Source: Vicugna vicugna (lineage: Eukaryota). Taken from it: a DNA stretch of 64,000 bases. The translations under genes and the position numbers were made by a program. Within the stretch, counting starts at the first letter, position 1, and every line of letters begins with the position of its first letter. Location: NCBI GenBank assembly GCA_013265495.1, contig MU058584.1, positions 1,276,616-1,340,615 of the forward strand, written 5' to 3'. Of this stretch, positions 39,713-52,149 are shown piece after piece. The notes beneath the pieces are model-generated. The model was not told the origin of the DNA. It ran no database searches and saw only the letters and a list, made by a program, of their open reading frames with translations.

Positions 39713-39980
39713 GGTATTCTCCAAATTTTAAAATTATAAAACCCATTTTATGTCAGTATTTCAAGCAGAAGAAATTTAATTTTTGACATATAAAAAAAAG
39801 AGTAAATAGGGTATATGAGAGAGAAGTGCAGGGCAATACCACCATTTTTATATGTTCACTTAGGAAAGCACTGGAAACTTCACGTGTATGATCTTTAGTC
39901 CTCTCTGTACCACCGAAGGGCAAGTGTTATTATTACATGTTTTTAAGTGAGCAGTCTAGAGCTCAGTAAAAGGAGATAAA

Positions 39981-40173
39981 TTTTTTTTTTGTATATATAT
40001 TTTTAATTGAAGTGCAGTCAGTTTACAATGTTGTGTCAGTTTCTGGTGTCCAGCACAATGCTTCAGTCATACATGAACATACATATATTCGTTTTCATGT
40101 TCTTTTTCACCATAAGTTACTATATTGAATATAGTTCTCTGTGCTATATACAATATCAACTTGTTGTTTATCT
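39981..40173 (-). mobile_element. Short L1 3' end with TSD
   Basis: poly(T)...ttgaagtgcagtcagtttacaatgttgtgtcagtttctggtgt. TSD taaaaggagataa (39967-39979) / taaaaggaaataa (40174-40186). Confidence 0.88.
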
Positions 40174-43100
40174 TAAAAGGAAATAATTCATCTCTGATTA
40201 CGCAACTACAGAGTAGCTAAGTCAGAATCTGAACCCAGTTCTAACAGATATCATGCCCAGAGGAGCCAATCTCTTCATATTTTTCCTTCAGCTTATGGCC
40301 CGTGTCCTTGTCCCAGGCTTTTCCCGGGCTACTTTGGGGCGCCCTGTTTTCAAGGAAAAGGTATGGACAAAATTCATCTTCAAGAACCACTTAAAGAAAA
40401 AGGCCCAGTGTCCCCAGGGGAACCCAGGAGGGCTTCCTCCTCCATGCCCTCACGTGAAGGCGCCGTGGAACTGGGAGCTGAGTCGTGGCTTGCTCCTCTT
40501 TATTCAGGTCTTTTGGAAGAAGAGAAGCCCAAAATTAAAAAAATAAAGATTATGTAAGTTAGTGGATATGAGATTCGGAAACCTGATGCAGGTGGTAGGA
40601 TTTTGGCAGGGCCGCAGAAGAAAGGCTTTAGACAGATGACAGTGGGGAGGGGTCCCTCTAGGCTGGGGCTACGTGTGAGCACAGGCAGGAATGAGCCTGT
40701 TGAGGTGCAGGAGGGGAAAGCGAATCATCTGTTCTCGCTCCTCCAAAGAGCGTCCAATTCAGGCTCAGTGAATACGTGCTGCAGGCAGACATGTGCCAGG
40801 AACCTGCAGGTCCAGCAGGTACTGGAGAGAAACTGGAAAGGGTCAGTGTGAGACCGAGGAGCCTCTAAACAATGAGAGAAAAGCCATGAGTCAATGCACT
40901 GATGGGGGTGGCCTAGCAGAAGGTGTGGAGGAGTCAGGGCAAGTGCCCAGTAATTGCGTCTACACTCGGAAGGGAGTGGAATGGGAAGTCACCCTCCTTC
41001 CCCACCACTGCTAGGACGGCAGGGTTCTAGATGCCAGTTACTTCTTAGGTTTATTCTTGGAGCAGGTAAGGGTTCTACCACCTACAGTGTCTCAAAATCT
41101 GCAGTTATATGTGCCAGACACCGTTAGTGCTCAACCAATCCACAGACACCCCTACATCTCTTGGCTTCTCTAGAAGCTGTACGGTGGCCAGTGCCTGGGC
41201 TTTGTCCAATGGGATGCAGGCAGATGTCAGGCACTTCTAGGTCTGGCCTGTAAGCGCATCTCCCGCCCTCTCCCACTCTCTTGTCTTTCTTCAATGATTT
41301 GGAAGCCGCATGTTCCAGACAGCGTGGCTACAAGGCAGGAGAACCGTATTGAATTTGAAATATTCCTGTTGAGCTGCTGAAAGGCTGAGGCTCGTTGGGT
41401 ATCACAGCCAGGCCCAGTTCATTCCATATTGTTAGTTTCACTCACTAGGCGGTAAATGCCACTAGGTTTGGTCATCAATATATTCCCAGTGATTACCTAA
41501 CACATCAATATTTGCTGAGTGAATAAATAAGCCATTATATCGGTCACTGAGACCAAGCTGGTGTGATTTTTAATATTAATTTTCTAGTATCCAAGAGCAT
41601 AATTTTTGTTTGTCTGTTTGTTTTTGATTCTTTCCCCTTCAAAGTTATCTCAACACCATCTTTTCCTGGAGTTACCTGAGTGAGACAAGGAGATGAGGTT
41701 GAGAAAAGAGAGGAAGGTGTTGGTATGATTTTCTCTTGTCCCTGCTAGTGCTCTTTCTGGGATCCATCCTCCCCTGGGGGCATCCTGCTGAAGCAACTCA
41801 ATAGGAGAACCAAAAAGTCCCAAGAGAGCTTGCCGTCATTCTGCCCTTTGCCCGTTCAAAGACTGCAAATCCAGGAAGGTTTTTCAGAAGAGTATTGCAA
41901 ATCTCTGCAGCCTGCTCACCATTTTATTTGCCTGACGTACACACCTACTCACGTGAAAACCCCTGAGTATGAGGGAGATCAGTTCTGTATTCTACTAAAC
42001 ACTTCTGCTGTAGGTTGATGTCCACGAGGCTCTGATCTGTTCTAGAAGCAGTGTGAACTCACCAAGTGCAGTCTGGACTCAGGGCAGTGGGAAGGGCTCC
42101 TGCTGGGTGGCCCCTTCCCTCTTTCCTTATGCGCAAATTTTACCCGCTGAGCTCCTCAATTGGAACAAGATGAGCATTTGTTTATTCTGCAGTTAAGGGC
42201 TGAGTGAAACCTTCTAGAAGGTGGAGGCTTTGGGAACCAACATTTCCCCCCAGGTTTCTGCCCCCTCCAACCTTCCTGCTGAATGCTGCTAACCCACACA
42301 CCTGCTGAGAGACCAGAACCCCATAAGGTCTATTTGGAATCAGTGACCTAATTTTTTTCAGACTTCAAAAATGATCATATAATGAGAGCAACGTGAATTT
42401 TTGTTTGTAGGAAAGTGTTTGGGGAGCCTGGGAGCCTATCCATGAGAAAACTGTCTCATTCGCTAATTAACACATGTCCCAATTCGAGTCCCAGGAGAAA
42501 ATTTGTGTATTCAGCCCAGAGAGAGCCCATCTAACCAAACTTTGATCATTTATTTCAGAATCCATTCAGAGTGACCCCACAGTAATTGAGATGCGTAAAG
42601 CTGTCTAACACTCATGGATAGTTAGGATGTTTGTTTCTGAAATATGAAGTGAATGCCTCATTATTGGGGGAAAACTGGAAACAAACAAGTTTACAAAAGA
42701 ACTACCAAATGGCATCATCCATGGCTGGGGGGAGTGGGTATTGTGACAAGTGCCAGGCATCGGGTGAAGACCCAGACTTAGCTGACATTGCACCACCAGC
42801 AGTGTGACCTTGGGCAAGTCTCATGGTATTTTTGATCATCTTTGCTTTTGTAAAAATGATTGTTCCACTAAGTGATGTTTGAGGTCTTTTTCAGTTCTAA
42901 CAATCTGAAGTTTTCTGGGAAGCTTAATGCAAAACAAAGTGGTAATATATTTGCATAGCAGAGTGGAAGGGGGCTTGATGTGCTGGGTCAGCTTCTGAGG
43001 ACCCTGACTAGTGCCTATGTGTGGAGTCATTGTGTATGAAAGCTTCCCTTTTTCTCCTTTGTCTCTCTCCTTGCCCCATTTTCACACAGAGGAAGACTGC

Positions 43101-43445
43101 TTGTGTGGCTCTCTTGCTTGTTCCGTTCTTCCCTCCAAGCGTCTGCAGGGTGGAGAAACCGGACACCAGGAGGTAGAATCAGGTAGAGTGAAATAAAAAC
43201 AATCTGACCTCACAGCCTGTGCCCATCGGAAGCTGTTCATGTTAGTTGGAATCAGGAAGAACTGCTACTCGACCCCACCCCGCCCACGTCCACAGCGTTG
43301 ACTTTCAGAGCCAAACCTACTGGTCCATTGTGCACTTTCCCTCAGGATCTCAAGGTGTGGGTGTCTCTGGTTTTAAAGAGCAATGAGACATTCCTGAGTT
43401 CCCTGGCCCAGACCCATCTTAATTCTACCCAGTCTCGCCCTGATT

Positions 43446-43531
43446 TTTTAATTAATTATTTATTTTTTATTAAACTATAGTCGGCTTACAATGCTGTGTT
43501 AATTTCTGGTACAGCATAATGATTCAGTTAT

Positions 43532-43569
<38 letters not shown>

Positions 43570-44401
43570 TCTTTTTCAGGTTCTTTTCTAAGTTACTACA
43601 AGATACTGAATATAGTTTCGTGTGCTATACAGTAAGACCTTGCCTTTTATCTATTTTATATATAGTAGTTAGTATCTGCAAATCCCAAACTCCCAATTTA
43701 TCCCTCTATCCCTCCACTTTTCCTGTTTGGTAACCACAAGTTTGTATTCTATATCTATGAGTCTGTTTCTGTTTTGTAAATAAGTTCATTTGTCTCATTT
43801 TTTTAAGATTCCACGTATAAGTGATATCATATGGTATTTTTCTTTCTCTTTCTGGCTTACTTCACTTAGTATAACAATCTCCAAGTCCATTCATGTTACT
43901 GCAAATAACATTATTTTATTCTTCTTTATGGCTGAGTAGTATTCCATTGCATTTATATGCCACATCTTCTTTATCCAATCATCTGTTGATGGACATTTAG
44001 GTTGTTTCCACATTTTGGCTGTTGTAAATAGTGCTGTTATTAATATTGGGGTGCATGTACCTTTCTGAGTTAGAGTTTCCTCTGAATATATGCCCAGGAG
44101 TGGGATTATAAACAACCCAAAAAAAATGAGCATAAGGCTTAAAGAAACAATTCTCCAGTGAGGATGTACAACTGCCAATAGGTAAATGAAAAGATGCTCT
44201 GTATCACTAATTATCAGAGAAATGCAAATCAAAACTATAATGAGGTAGCACCTCACACCAGTCAGAATGGCCATCATTAAAAAGTCCACAAATGATAAAT
44301 ATTGGAGAGGCTGCGGAGAAAAGGGAACACTCATACACTGCTGGCGGGAATGTAGTTTGGTGCAGCCATTATGGAAAACAGTATGGAGAGTCCTTAAAAA
44401 T
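43446..44401 (-). mobile_element. L1 insertion with 5' inversion and TSD (antisense ~43446-44109; sense ORF2 piece ~44110-44401)
   Basis: The antisense part encodes [29 protein letters not shown]. The sense part has tcactaattatcagagaaatgcaaatcaaaact. TSD tctcgccctgatt (43433-43445) / tctcaccctgatt (44402-44414). Confidence 0.93.
43534..43567. repeat. (GT)n microsatellite inside the L1 3' UTR
   Basis: Uninterrupted gtgtgt run of about 17 units. Confidence 0.95.
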
Positions 44402-45768
44402 TCTCACCCTGATTATTAGAGTGTGTAGCAGATATACGCAGTCAGACTGGCCTAATCTTTATCAAACTCGGGTTCAATCCCCAGTGTTCTCTTCAACATA
44501 GCTTTAAAAGCTCAACAAGGGAGAAACCATAATCAACCCCTTCCTGCTTCCCTGGACAGTCTTAAGCCTTCGCCCTTAAGTATGTAAACACTGGGCCCCA
44601 AAGAAGGAGGGGAAAAAAGTACTCAGGCCTGGTTGGCTCCAAGTTCAGCTCTTGGCAGCGTGGGCATTTGGAGGAGCAGGTGGCAGCCTGGCTTGGGTAG
44701 GTGTAGCTCTCTGACCACATCAGCCTGGCGGGTTCCATCTTTCACGTAAATCTACCTTACGTGGAGTAGTAACACTCTTCCAGCCGCCTCACCCCACTCA
44801 CTCACCCCATCACCTGCTCCGCGCCTAGACTGTGAGCTGGCACTTCTGTTTCCCTTACGTCCATTGAGAAGATTTGCCACAGGAATCATCTGAGCAGTTG
44901 GGAAACTCAGCCAAGCGGCACCACGTGTGGCAGAATCTGTTCCTGTTTTTCTGGCGCAGTGGGGGTTTAAACTTTTTGGGGGGGCTCATGCCTGAAGCTC
45001 CTTCCCTCCCTCACAGGGCAGTATTTGTCAGGAAGAAGCAAACACGCACTTAAATGGTCAACCAAATTCCAGCCTGTATTGATTGTATCCTTTGGAAGTT
45101 GAGTTTTTTTTTTTTGGCTTAAATGTAGCATCATGAATACACAGCTGCAGAGAATGTGCCAAACAGCTCAGTCGGCTGTACACAGTGCCACCGACAGAAA
45201 ACCGCTTTTCTTTTCTCCTGCTTGAGGTGTTATCACCAGGAGCCATGTGGACGCTCTCTGGGCCAACCAGCCGTCTCTTCGGCACAACCACAAAAGCAGC
45301 CACGTGGGTGATGAGCTCTGCCTCTTGGAAGGGCTCCCAGTGGGAAGCTGGGTGCAGGGACTGGGAGGAGGGGAGAAGAGAAGAGCGGTGCAGTGAAGTC
45401 TATGTTGCCTTTCACTCAGACAGTAATTCTGAGAAGTGAGATGTGACATTCCTGGGCCAGGGCTATGATCAGAACATTGTACCTGAGATAGATACTGTTT
45501 CTACATTCTAGTAAGAACCGTGGATAACGTGTTTAAGCCATCGACACCACTCTGGCTGGGAGCAATCTCTTCTTAGCTGCCTCTGCTCTTCTTCTGGAGA
45601 AACCTGAACTCCGTAAGGGGTTGGGGGACCAAGATATATGCCATAGAGACAGCAAAATTGTAATAGATGTAATGAAGTAATTAAAGAATAATGCCAAGAA
45701 GTATATGGTTATATTATGCCCACACTTGAAATAGTCTGTGGTTTCCTGTTGTATAAAGAATTAATTTC

Positions 45769-46038
45769 CATATTCTTCTTCACCATAGGTTACAAGATAC
45801 TGAATATGGTTCCCTGTGCTATACAGTAGAAACTTGTTGTTTATCTATTTTATATATGTATATATTAGTATCTTCAAATCTCGAACTTCCAATTTATCCC
45901 TTCCTATCCCCTTCCTAGAGGAGAGAATATGAGAATGAATGTATGTATGTTCCTATGTGACTGAAGTATTGTGCTGTACACCAGAAACTGACACATTGCA
46001 AACTGACTGTACTTCAATAAAAATATGTTTTTTAAAAA
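45769..46038 (+). mobile_element. Small L1 3' UTR insertion with 5' inversion, nested in an L2 spanning ~45710-46500
   Basis: Antisense L1 3' UTR ~45769-45915, then sense terminal part ~45925-46038 ending cttcaataaaaa. TSD-like aagaattaatttc / aggaatgaatttc. Confidence 0.82.
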
Positions 46039-47284
46039 AGGAATGAATTTCTAATCTCATCACACAAGGATCTTCACAGCAAGAACCTTTCTTCGGAGCC
46101 TTATCTTCTGCCTCTGTGGCCTGTGTGCTATTCTTTGTCCACACACAGTACCTGCCTGTCACTCCCCAAACAAGGCAAGCACCTGAACATTTCTTTGTTT
46201 TGGCACGTGCTTCGTCCTCCACCAAGTATGTCCGAATCTTTCTCCTCCACTTGGTAGACACCCACTCATCCTTCTATCGTGGCTCCAGAGTGTTTCCTCT
46301 TCCCCATCCTGATCCCCTGAGTCTCCCTGGACTTTGCATCTCTTGATTTCACAGCACTTAGCACATCCCACCTCAGTGTTCTGCTGGTTTCTCTTCCTGT
46401 AGCCTATGAACTCTGCAGGAAGCAAGGGCCACATTTGGGAATTCCCAGCACCTGGGTCAGTGTTTGGCCCACTAGGTTCTTCATGAATGATTGTTGACTT
46501 ATCTGAGTGTTTTAAAATAAAAAATGTGCACATGCTCAGTGGAAAAGATTCACACAAAGAAAGTACGAAATAGAAAAGAGCCGTCCCTGTGCATTCATAT
46601 ATAGATACGCACCCCCTGCCCTGCCCCACACACTTATTTCATTATTGTTGTAGATGCTTTTAACAGAAATGGTTCAGAAAATGTATACCGTTTTTATTCC
46701 TTTAAGTCACCTCAATATCAGAGACTTCTTTCTGTGCTGATACCTGCAAATGTGCATCGTTCTTATCAGGTACACAGTATTTATTTCAGTACTGATAAGG
46801 TTGAAAGGATAGATACAATGTGCTATAGCAGCTCAAAGGACCCAGACATCTCCATGGACTAGGAATAGCCAGAGAAAGCTCAGTAGAGGAGATGGACTTG
46901 ACTTTGGCCCAGAGGGATGGGTAAGATTTGGGTAGTGGAGAGGAGTGAGGCAGGTGTGGGTAAAAGTGGCTTTCCTAGTGGGGACGTTGCGGGAAAGGCA
47001 TAAGGAGTGCCTTTGGGGTGGCAAGTCTGCTGGTTGATGCTGAGCAGGCAGGAGATAAGAGTGAAGCTGAACTGGGCACAGACTGAGGAGGGCACTGAAT
47101 GCCCGAGGAGTCTGGATTTGTCCTGCAGGTGACAACAGTGGAATAAGGGCATGGCCCGATGTAACTGTGATGCAAAGCCTGGTAGTATTTGGAGTGCAGT
47201 GTGGACTGGCGGGGAAGGAAACCGAGACAGGGAGAGAACAGAGATAGGGCATCTGTAATTAGTGGTGGCAGGAAAGGGAAGGAG

Positions 47285-47480
47285 GAGGTAATTAATTTTT
47301 ATTGGGCTCCATTCCTGTCCCCCACACCGTTAGACACCCTTATTTCATTACTTATTTCTCCCATCAGCACGATGAGAAGGCTGTTACCAGCCACATCTTA
47401 AGATGAGGACACAGAGGACGCTCAGATCACCATCCATAGGGCCATAGTTTTGAATTTCGAATGCACATCGGTTTAGCTTG
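47285..47480 (-). mobile_element. MIR SINE
   Basis: ttattgggctcc...agatgaggacacagagg..gctcaga. Confidence 0.6.
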
Positions 47481-49439
47481 GAAGTGGAGGCCTTTTCAAC
47501 TCTACTTTGCTGCTTCTTGGGCAGGGCTCCGCAGAGAGCGGTGGGTGAGGACAAGGGCGGTGCTGTGGAGGACGGGTCTACGGGAGATGGGGCTGTGATG
47601 TGAACAGGACTCAAAAAAGGGACTCGAGGGTTCATGAAGGGACCCATGGGGGACTGTTAGACTTTTGAAAATGATGACTTCTAGATGGAGCTTTATTGAA
47701 AGAGGAAAGATCTAATTGCCCACAAATATTAGCTCCAATATATATATATTTTTATGTCTCCCTGCCTCCTCCCACCCATCCCACAGTGTCCTGAATTCTC
47801 CATTTTTGGAGGTTCTCTCTAAAAAAACAAAAACAAAACCCATTTCTACTGCCGCAAACTGAAATCCAACATTTGCTCTAACAACAGGCCCTTTGTAATG
47901 GTGTTCGTCAAAATGCCTCCTTGCAAGGACTAGGATTATCTGTCTTCTGAGAAAAGTGTGAAAATGACAGGATGACGGACACTCGCTCAGAAGGCGGAAA
48001 TGCTGGGGACTTCCCTCCCGGTCCCTGAATCTAGACCCCAGTCTCTAGACCGCCCCGTCCGTCTGGTGCAGAAGGGTCGTCTCCAGCGCCGCTTTCCACC
48101 GAACTTCTTTTGTTCCACTTCTCCTGCATCGAGCCCTCGCGCCTCTAGAGGGCACTGTTTGCCTTGAAATGAAGTTCTGCAAGTTTCCCTCACCTTTCCC
48201 TCTGGGGCCTATTGTTTTGGCTCTACGGTACTCCCTTTTCTTCAAGAAGCCTTTTCTTTCTTTCTGCGCCCCGTGTATTTGTGTGAGCGCCTCTTCCTCC
48301 TCTAAGAGTGGATTTAGCACGTATGGACACGGCAGATAATTACCCTGACCAGAGCCTGTCATTGTCTGGGCAGGTCTTTTGAAAGCGTTCTCCCCCCATA
48401 TATTCTTCCAGTGCCCCGGCGTCTGACCCGCGGTGCACCTCCTCCAACCCCAATTATTTCAGTCTGGGGGTCACCGTCACAGCTCTGCCAATGCATCTCA
48501 ATCCTGCCTCACAGCTGCCTGGGCTGGTTCAGCCAGGGCTCCCCACTCAGGGCAACTGAGCCTTGATTTATTGCCTCGCTTTTCGCTGGTCCAGGTCTCT
48601 CCTCGGGCGAGACTGCTGATCATGCCACATTTTCAAATTGGTTCTGCGCTGCGAGCCAATGTCTGGGACAGGTGATAATTTGGCCCTCAAACCCATTTCA
48701 TCTATGACGCCCCCTCCCCCTCCTCACTCAGGGGTGGACCTCTGCTCCGTGGACATGAAGGGCATCTGGCTGCCTTCTTTATGTTGAGAAGACGGGTGGA
48801 TAAATATTGCTTCCCGTTGCCTCTGCCTGAGATGCAGGCGCGTGCACAAATGCGCGCGCACGCACACACACAGCCTCAGCCATTATGTCTGTGGGATGCA
48901 CAGGCACTTCAGGAGTTCTGAGCAGGGCCAAGTGCCAGGCCAGCCAGAGCATCCCTATTCTTTCTTCATTTTGTCCCACGGGCCGAGCAGTTTCACGTTT
49001 CATGCTGCACACAGGAGGGATAAAATCTTGTGTCTCGGGAGTGGAAACGAATGTTAGTGAACCTTAGGAAGGGAGGGACCCAGGATCAGAGAGACGGATG
49101 GATGAGGAGTTTCTGGGTAGAAGGACTGGGCATTGCTCGAAGGCAGAAGACATCTGTGCATGGCTTTAGGAGGGGATGGGGACGACCTCTCCTGATGGCT
49201 GCACATGGAGTGGGCATTTTCAGAATAGCTTCGTGGATGTGGCAGAATTTGTCTCTGTGCCTCTCCTCTGTGTCCTTCCTGTTCCTCCTTCCCTCTGGTA
49301 CCCTGGCCCATTCTGCCAAGAGGAATTCCTGTAATCACAGGCTTCCAATGACAGAAAAAGCCAAGAGATCCCTTTCTTTGACCATATTCGTTTTATAGAT
49401 AAAGAACAGAAGTTCCTCCCCACCAAGGATGTGATGATA

Positions 49440-49870
49440 ATAATTATAGTTATCATGTTATCTATGCTTTTTTATGCACTGGGCAAGATTTTAAAAATAT
49501 TATTGAATTTAATCCTTAGGATAATCCTGATAATTTTATGACACTGTTTTGTAAATGCAAAACTAAGAGCAGTTACCTTTTTCAAGGTAACAGTGAGTGA
49601 GTAGCAGAACACAGAGTCTGATCCAAGCTGTCATGCTCAGGACTATGTATATTAAAAAAAAAAAGTCTTGTTTACTGAGTGTATCCTATGTGCCAAGCAC
49701 TTTACATGCATTATCTAAAATCTTTACAATAATTACATATATATAATACTCCTATTGTATAGATAAGGAATTTCATTTCCAAACATATTAAATGACTTGC
49801 CACCGCCATGGAACCCATACATGTTCACACTAGGATTTAAACTGGGTGTATTAGGTGCCAGAGCCTGGGT
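49440..49870 (-). mobile_element. Two tandem MIR SINEs
   Basis: tttactgagtgtatcctatgtgccaagcactttacatgcattatct...agataaggaa...aaatgacttgcc, with a similar upstream copy. Confidence 0.7.
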
Positions 49871-50155
49871 TTGTGCATTCACCAACTGATCCCCTCAGGC
49901 GACTTAAAGTCACCCAACCTCAGCAGTATTTGCATCTCAAAAGCAAACCGGGAAGTAGAGCCTACACTTAACCAAGAATATTCCTCGGGGTTGGTAGAAT
50001 TGCAGAACGAGCAAGAAAGGAGTAACAGAACGTTACAACTTTTGAAGCACTTTGTAAAACATACCAGCTATTCCGCAGGCAGGTTGTCTGCAGCTCTGCT
50101 TTGCAGAGGCGGCGCAGAGTGTTGGAGAGCACTCTAGACAGAGGCGGAAAAGCAG

Positions 50156-50176
50156 ATCAGGACCGAGGACAGCGCT
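50156..50176 (+). promoter_or_regulatory. Candidate REST/NRSF RE1 element
   Basis: ATCAGGACCGAGGACAGCGCT versus consensus TTCAGCACCNNGGACAGCGCC, with correct 2-bp spacer and intact GGACAG. Confidence 0.65.
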
Positions 50177-50942
50177 CCATCACTTACCGCTGTGGTCCTC
50201 AACTTCCCCAGCCATGAAACGGAAACGGAATGCCAGCTCTCCCCATCTCACAACATACCTTACATTATACAGCCAATAGACTTGCCTGCTATTTCTTGGG
50301 ACTAGGGTGTTGAGACCTCTATCCCATAAGAGGGCAGCACTCTCTCTACTCAATGTGGCGAGCAGGGTTGAGGGAAGGGGGATGAGGAGGACCATTTCTA
50401 GACCCTGATGGGGAGCAAATGGGCTCAGTCTTTATTAGCACGTTACTTAGTAACACCTCCTGCTGTCATCAGATCATATCCCTCTGCTTCAGGACAGGAC
50501 AGGACAGGGATCATTGCTTTGACCTCTTTTGTCTCTGGACAAGGAGGAAAGAATGAGGAGAAGATGGCCCATTGGGGTGATGATGGAAGACTTGGTTGGC
50601 ATGCCCTTCTGCTTTCTCAGAAATAGAGCATATACTTCAGAGACAAGATATAATAAGTTGGCTTATGTACTGCAATGCGTATATTGCAACATTTATTTGT
50701 TCTGCTACAATCCAGGAAGATCTTGACCTTCAGTCAAGATCAACAGTAAAACTAACAAAGATCTCTTCATTGCAATTCAGCTGATGAAGACACATCCATT
50801 GGGTTATTACTGCACAGCTGGATCATTTTGATGTGAATCACCCATTGAGAAGAGTTAATCTGAAATTTTTCGTAAAGTTGTTTGTGGAGGGTTCTCTCAC
50901 TAACCTGTCCCTGGAGAATGTACCCCCCAGGCAAACACCTGA

Positions 50943-51300
50943 NNNNNNNNNNNNNNNNNNNNNNNNNNNNNNNNNNNNNNNNNNNNNNNNNNNNNNNNNN
51001 NNNNNNNNNNNNNNNNNNNNNNNNNNNNNNNNNNNNNNNNNNNNNNNNNNNNNNNNNNNNNNNNNNNNNNNNNNNNNNNNNNNNNNNNNNNNNNNNNNNN
51101 NNNNNNNNNNNNNNNNNNNNNNNNNNNNNNNNNNNNNNNNNNNNNNNNNNNNNNNNNNNNNNNNNNNNNNNNNNNNNNNNNNNNNNNNNNNNNNNNNNNN
51201 NNNNNNNNNNNNNNNNNNNNNNNNNNNNNNNNNNNNNNNNNNNNNNNNNNNNNNNNNNNNNNNNNNNNNNNNNNNNNNNNNNNNNNNNNNNNNNNNNNNN
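50943..51300. other. Assembly gap (358 N)
   Basis: Run of n characters. Confidence 1.
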
Positions 51301-52149
51301 AAATATTCCATGGCCTTAAGCCAACATCTATCTTAGATTTGTGTTGTGTCTTTGGCAACACTTAAATGTGTTTCCATCTATAGAAACAACAGAGATCACG
51401 TCTCTTGAATTTTTTTTTAATAACTAGATTTGAACTTGAAGAGGGACATTGAATAATTAACGCCTCATGTCATGAGTAGTTAGATTTAGTCTTAGATCTT
51501 TCGCTAGAAGGTCTGTCTCTCTTGATCCTTATAACAATGAAAAAAACAAAGACAAAACAAAAAAAATGATGTAGGCAATGGAGGACAATATAGGTTCCAC
51601 AGAGGACAATCATATTAAATTCCCTAAATTTTCCCATTTAAGTGCATCTGCTATCACATCTGTCTGGGACACCATTACCTCATTCGTTGTTTAACAAAAT
51701 CCTTTACATACGTCACCTTTTCCAAGAATCCAGATTTGACTCTACTGCATCTTGTCTCTTTCCTGAACTCTTGTTGTTATTTATTGTGCCTCTTTGATGA
51801 AGTTTATCATATACTGTCTAGGTTTACAGTATTTGGGGAACACACCCTATGGCCCATGGTTGATTGTAACTTTGAGGGGTAAACAGACATATTTCCCCAA
51901 AGAGAAAATGTTTTGCTCATTTTTCTATCCTCAATTTTGTACTTCACACTTTGGAACTGCTCGATTGAACTCTGCTGAATAAATTAATTAATGAAAGTGT
52001 AGAGATGCAAGTTCAGGTTGTGAATGAACACAGACAGGCTTCTTTCTGAGCCAATCAGTAAATTAGATAGAATGCTTAGCTGAGCATCAGGCAGAATGGA
52101 ACCTGAGTATTACCTTGAGCAGTACCTGCTCAAGTTACGAGATGGACTT

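Noticed and set aside
41049..41065. 17-nt micro-exon (cttcttag...CAG|GTAAGG) that would keep the candidate frame open
   Set aside because: Too short, with a weak pyrimidine tract; easily arises by chance.
43891..44501. 147-aa and 69-aa ORFs
   Set aside because: They are read-throughs of an inverted L1 fragment; the 147-aa frame is chimeric across the inversion junction.
50833..51361. Four long ORFs
   Set aside because: Artefacts of the N gap.
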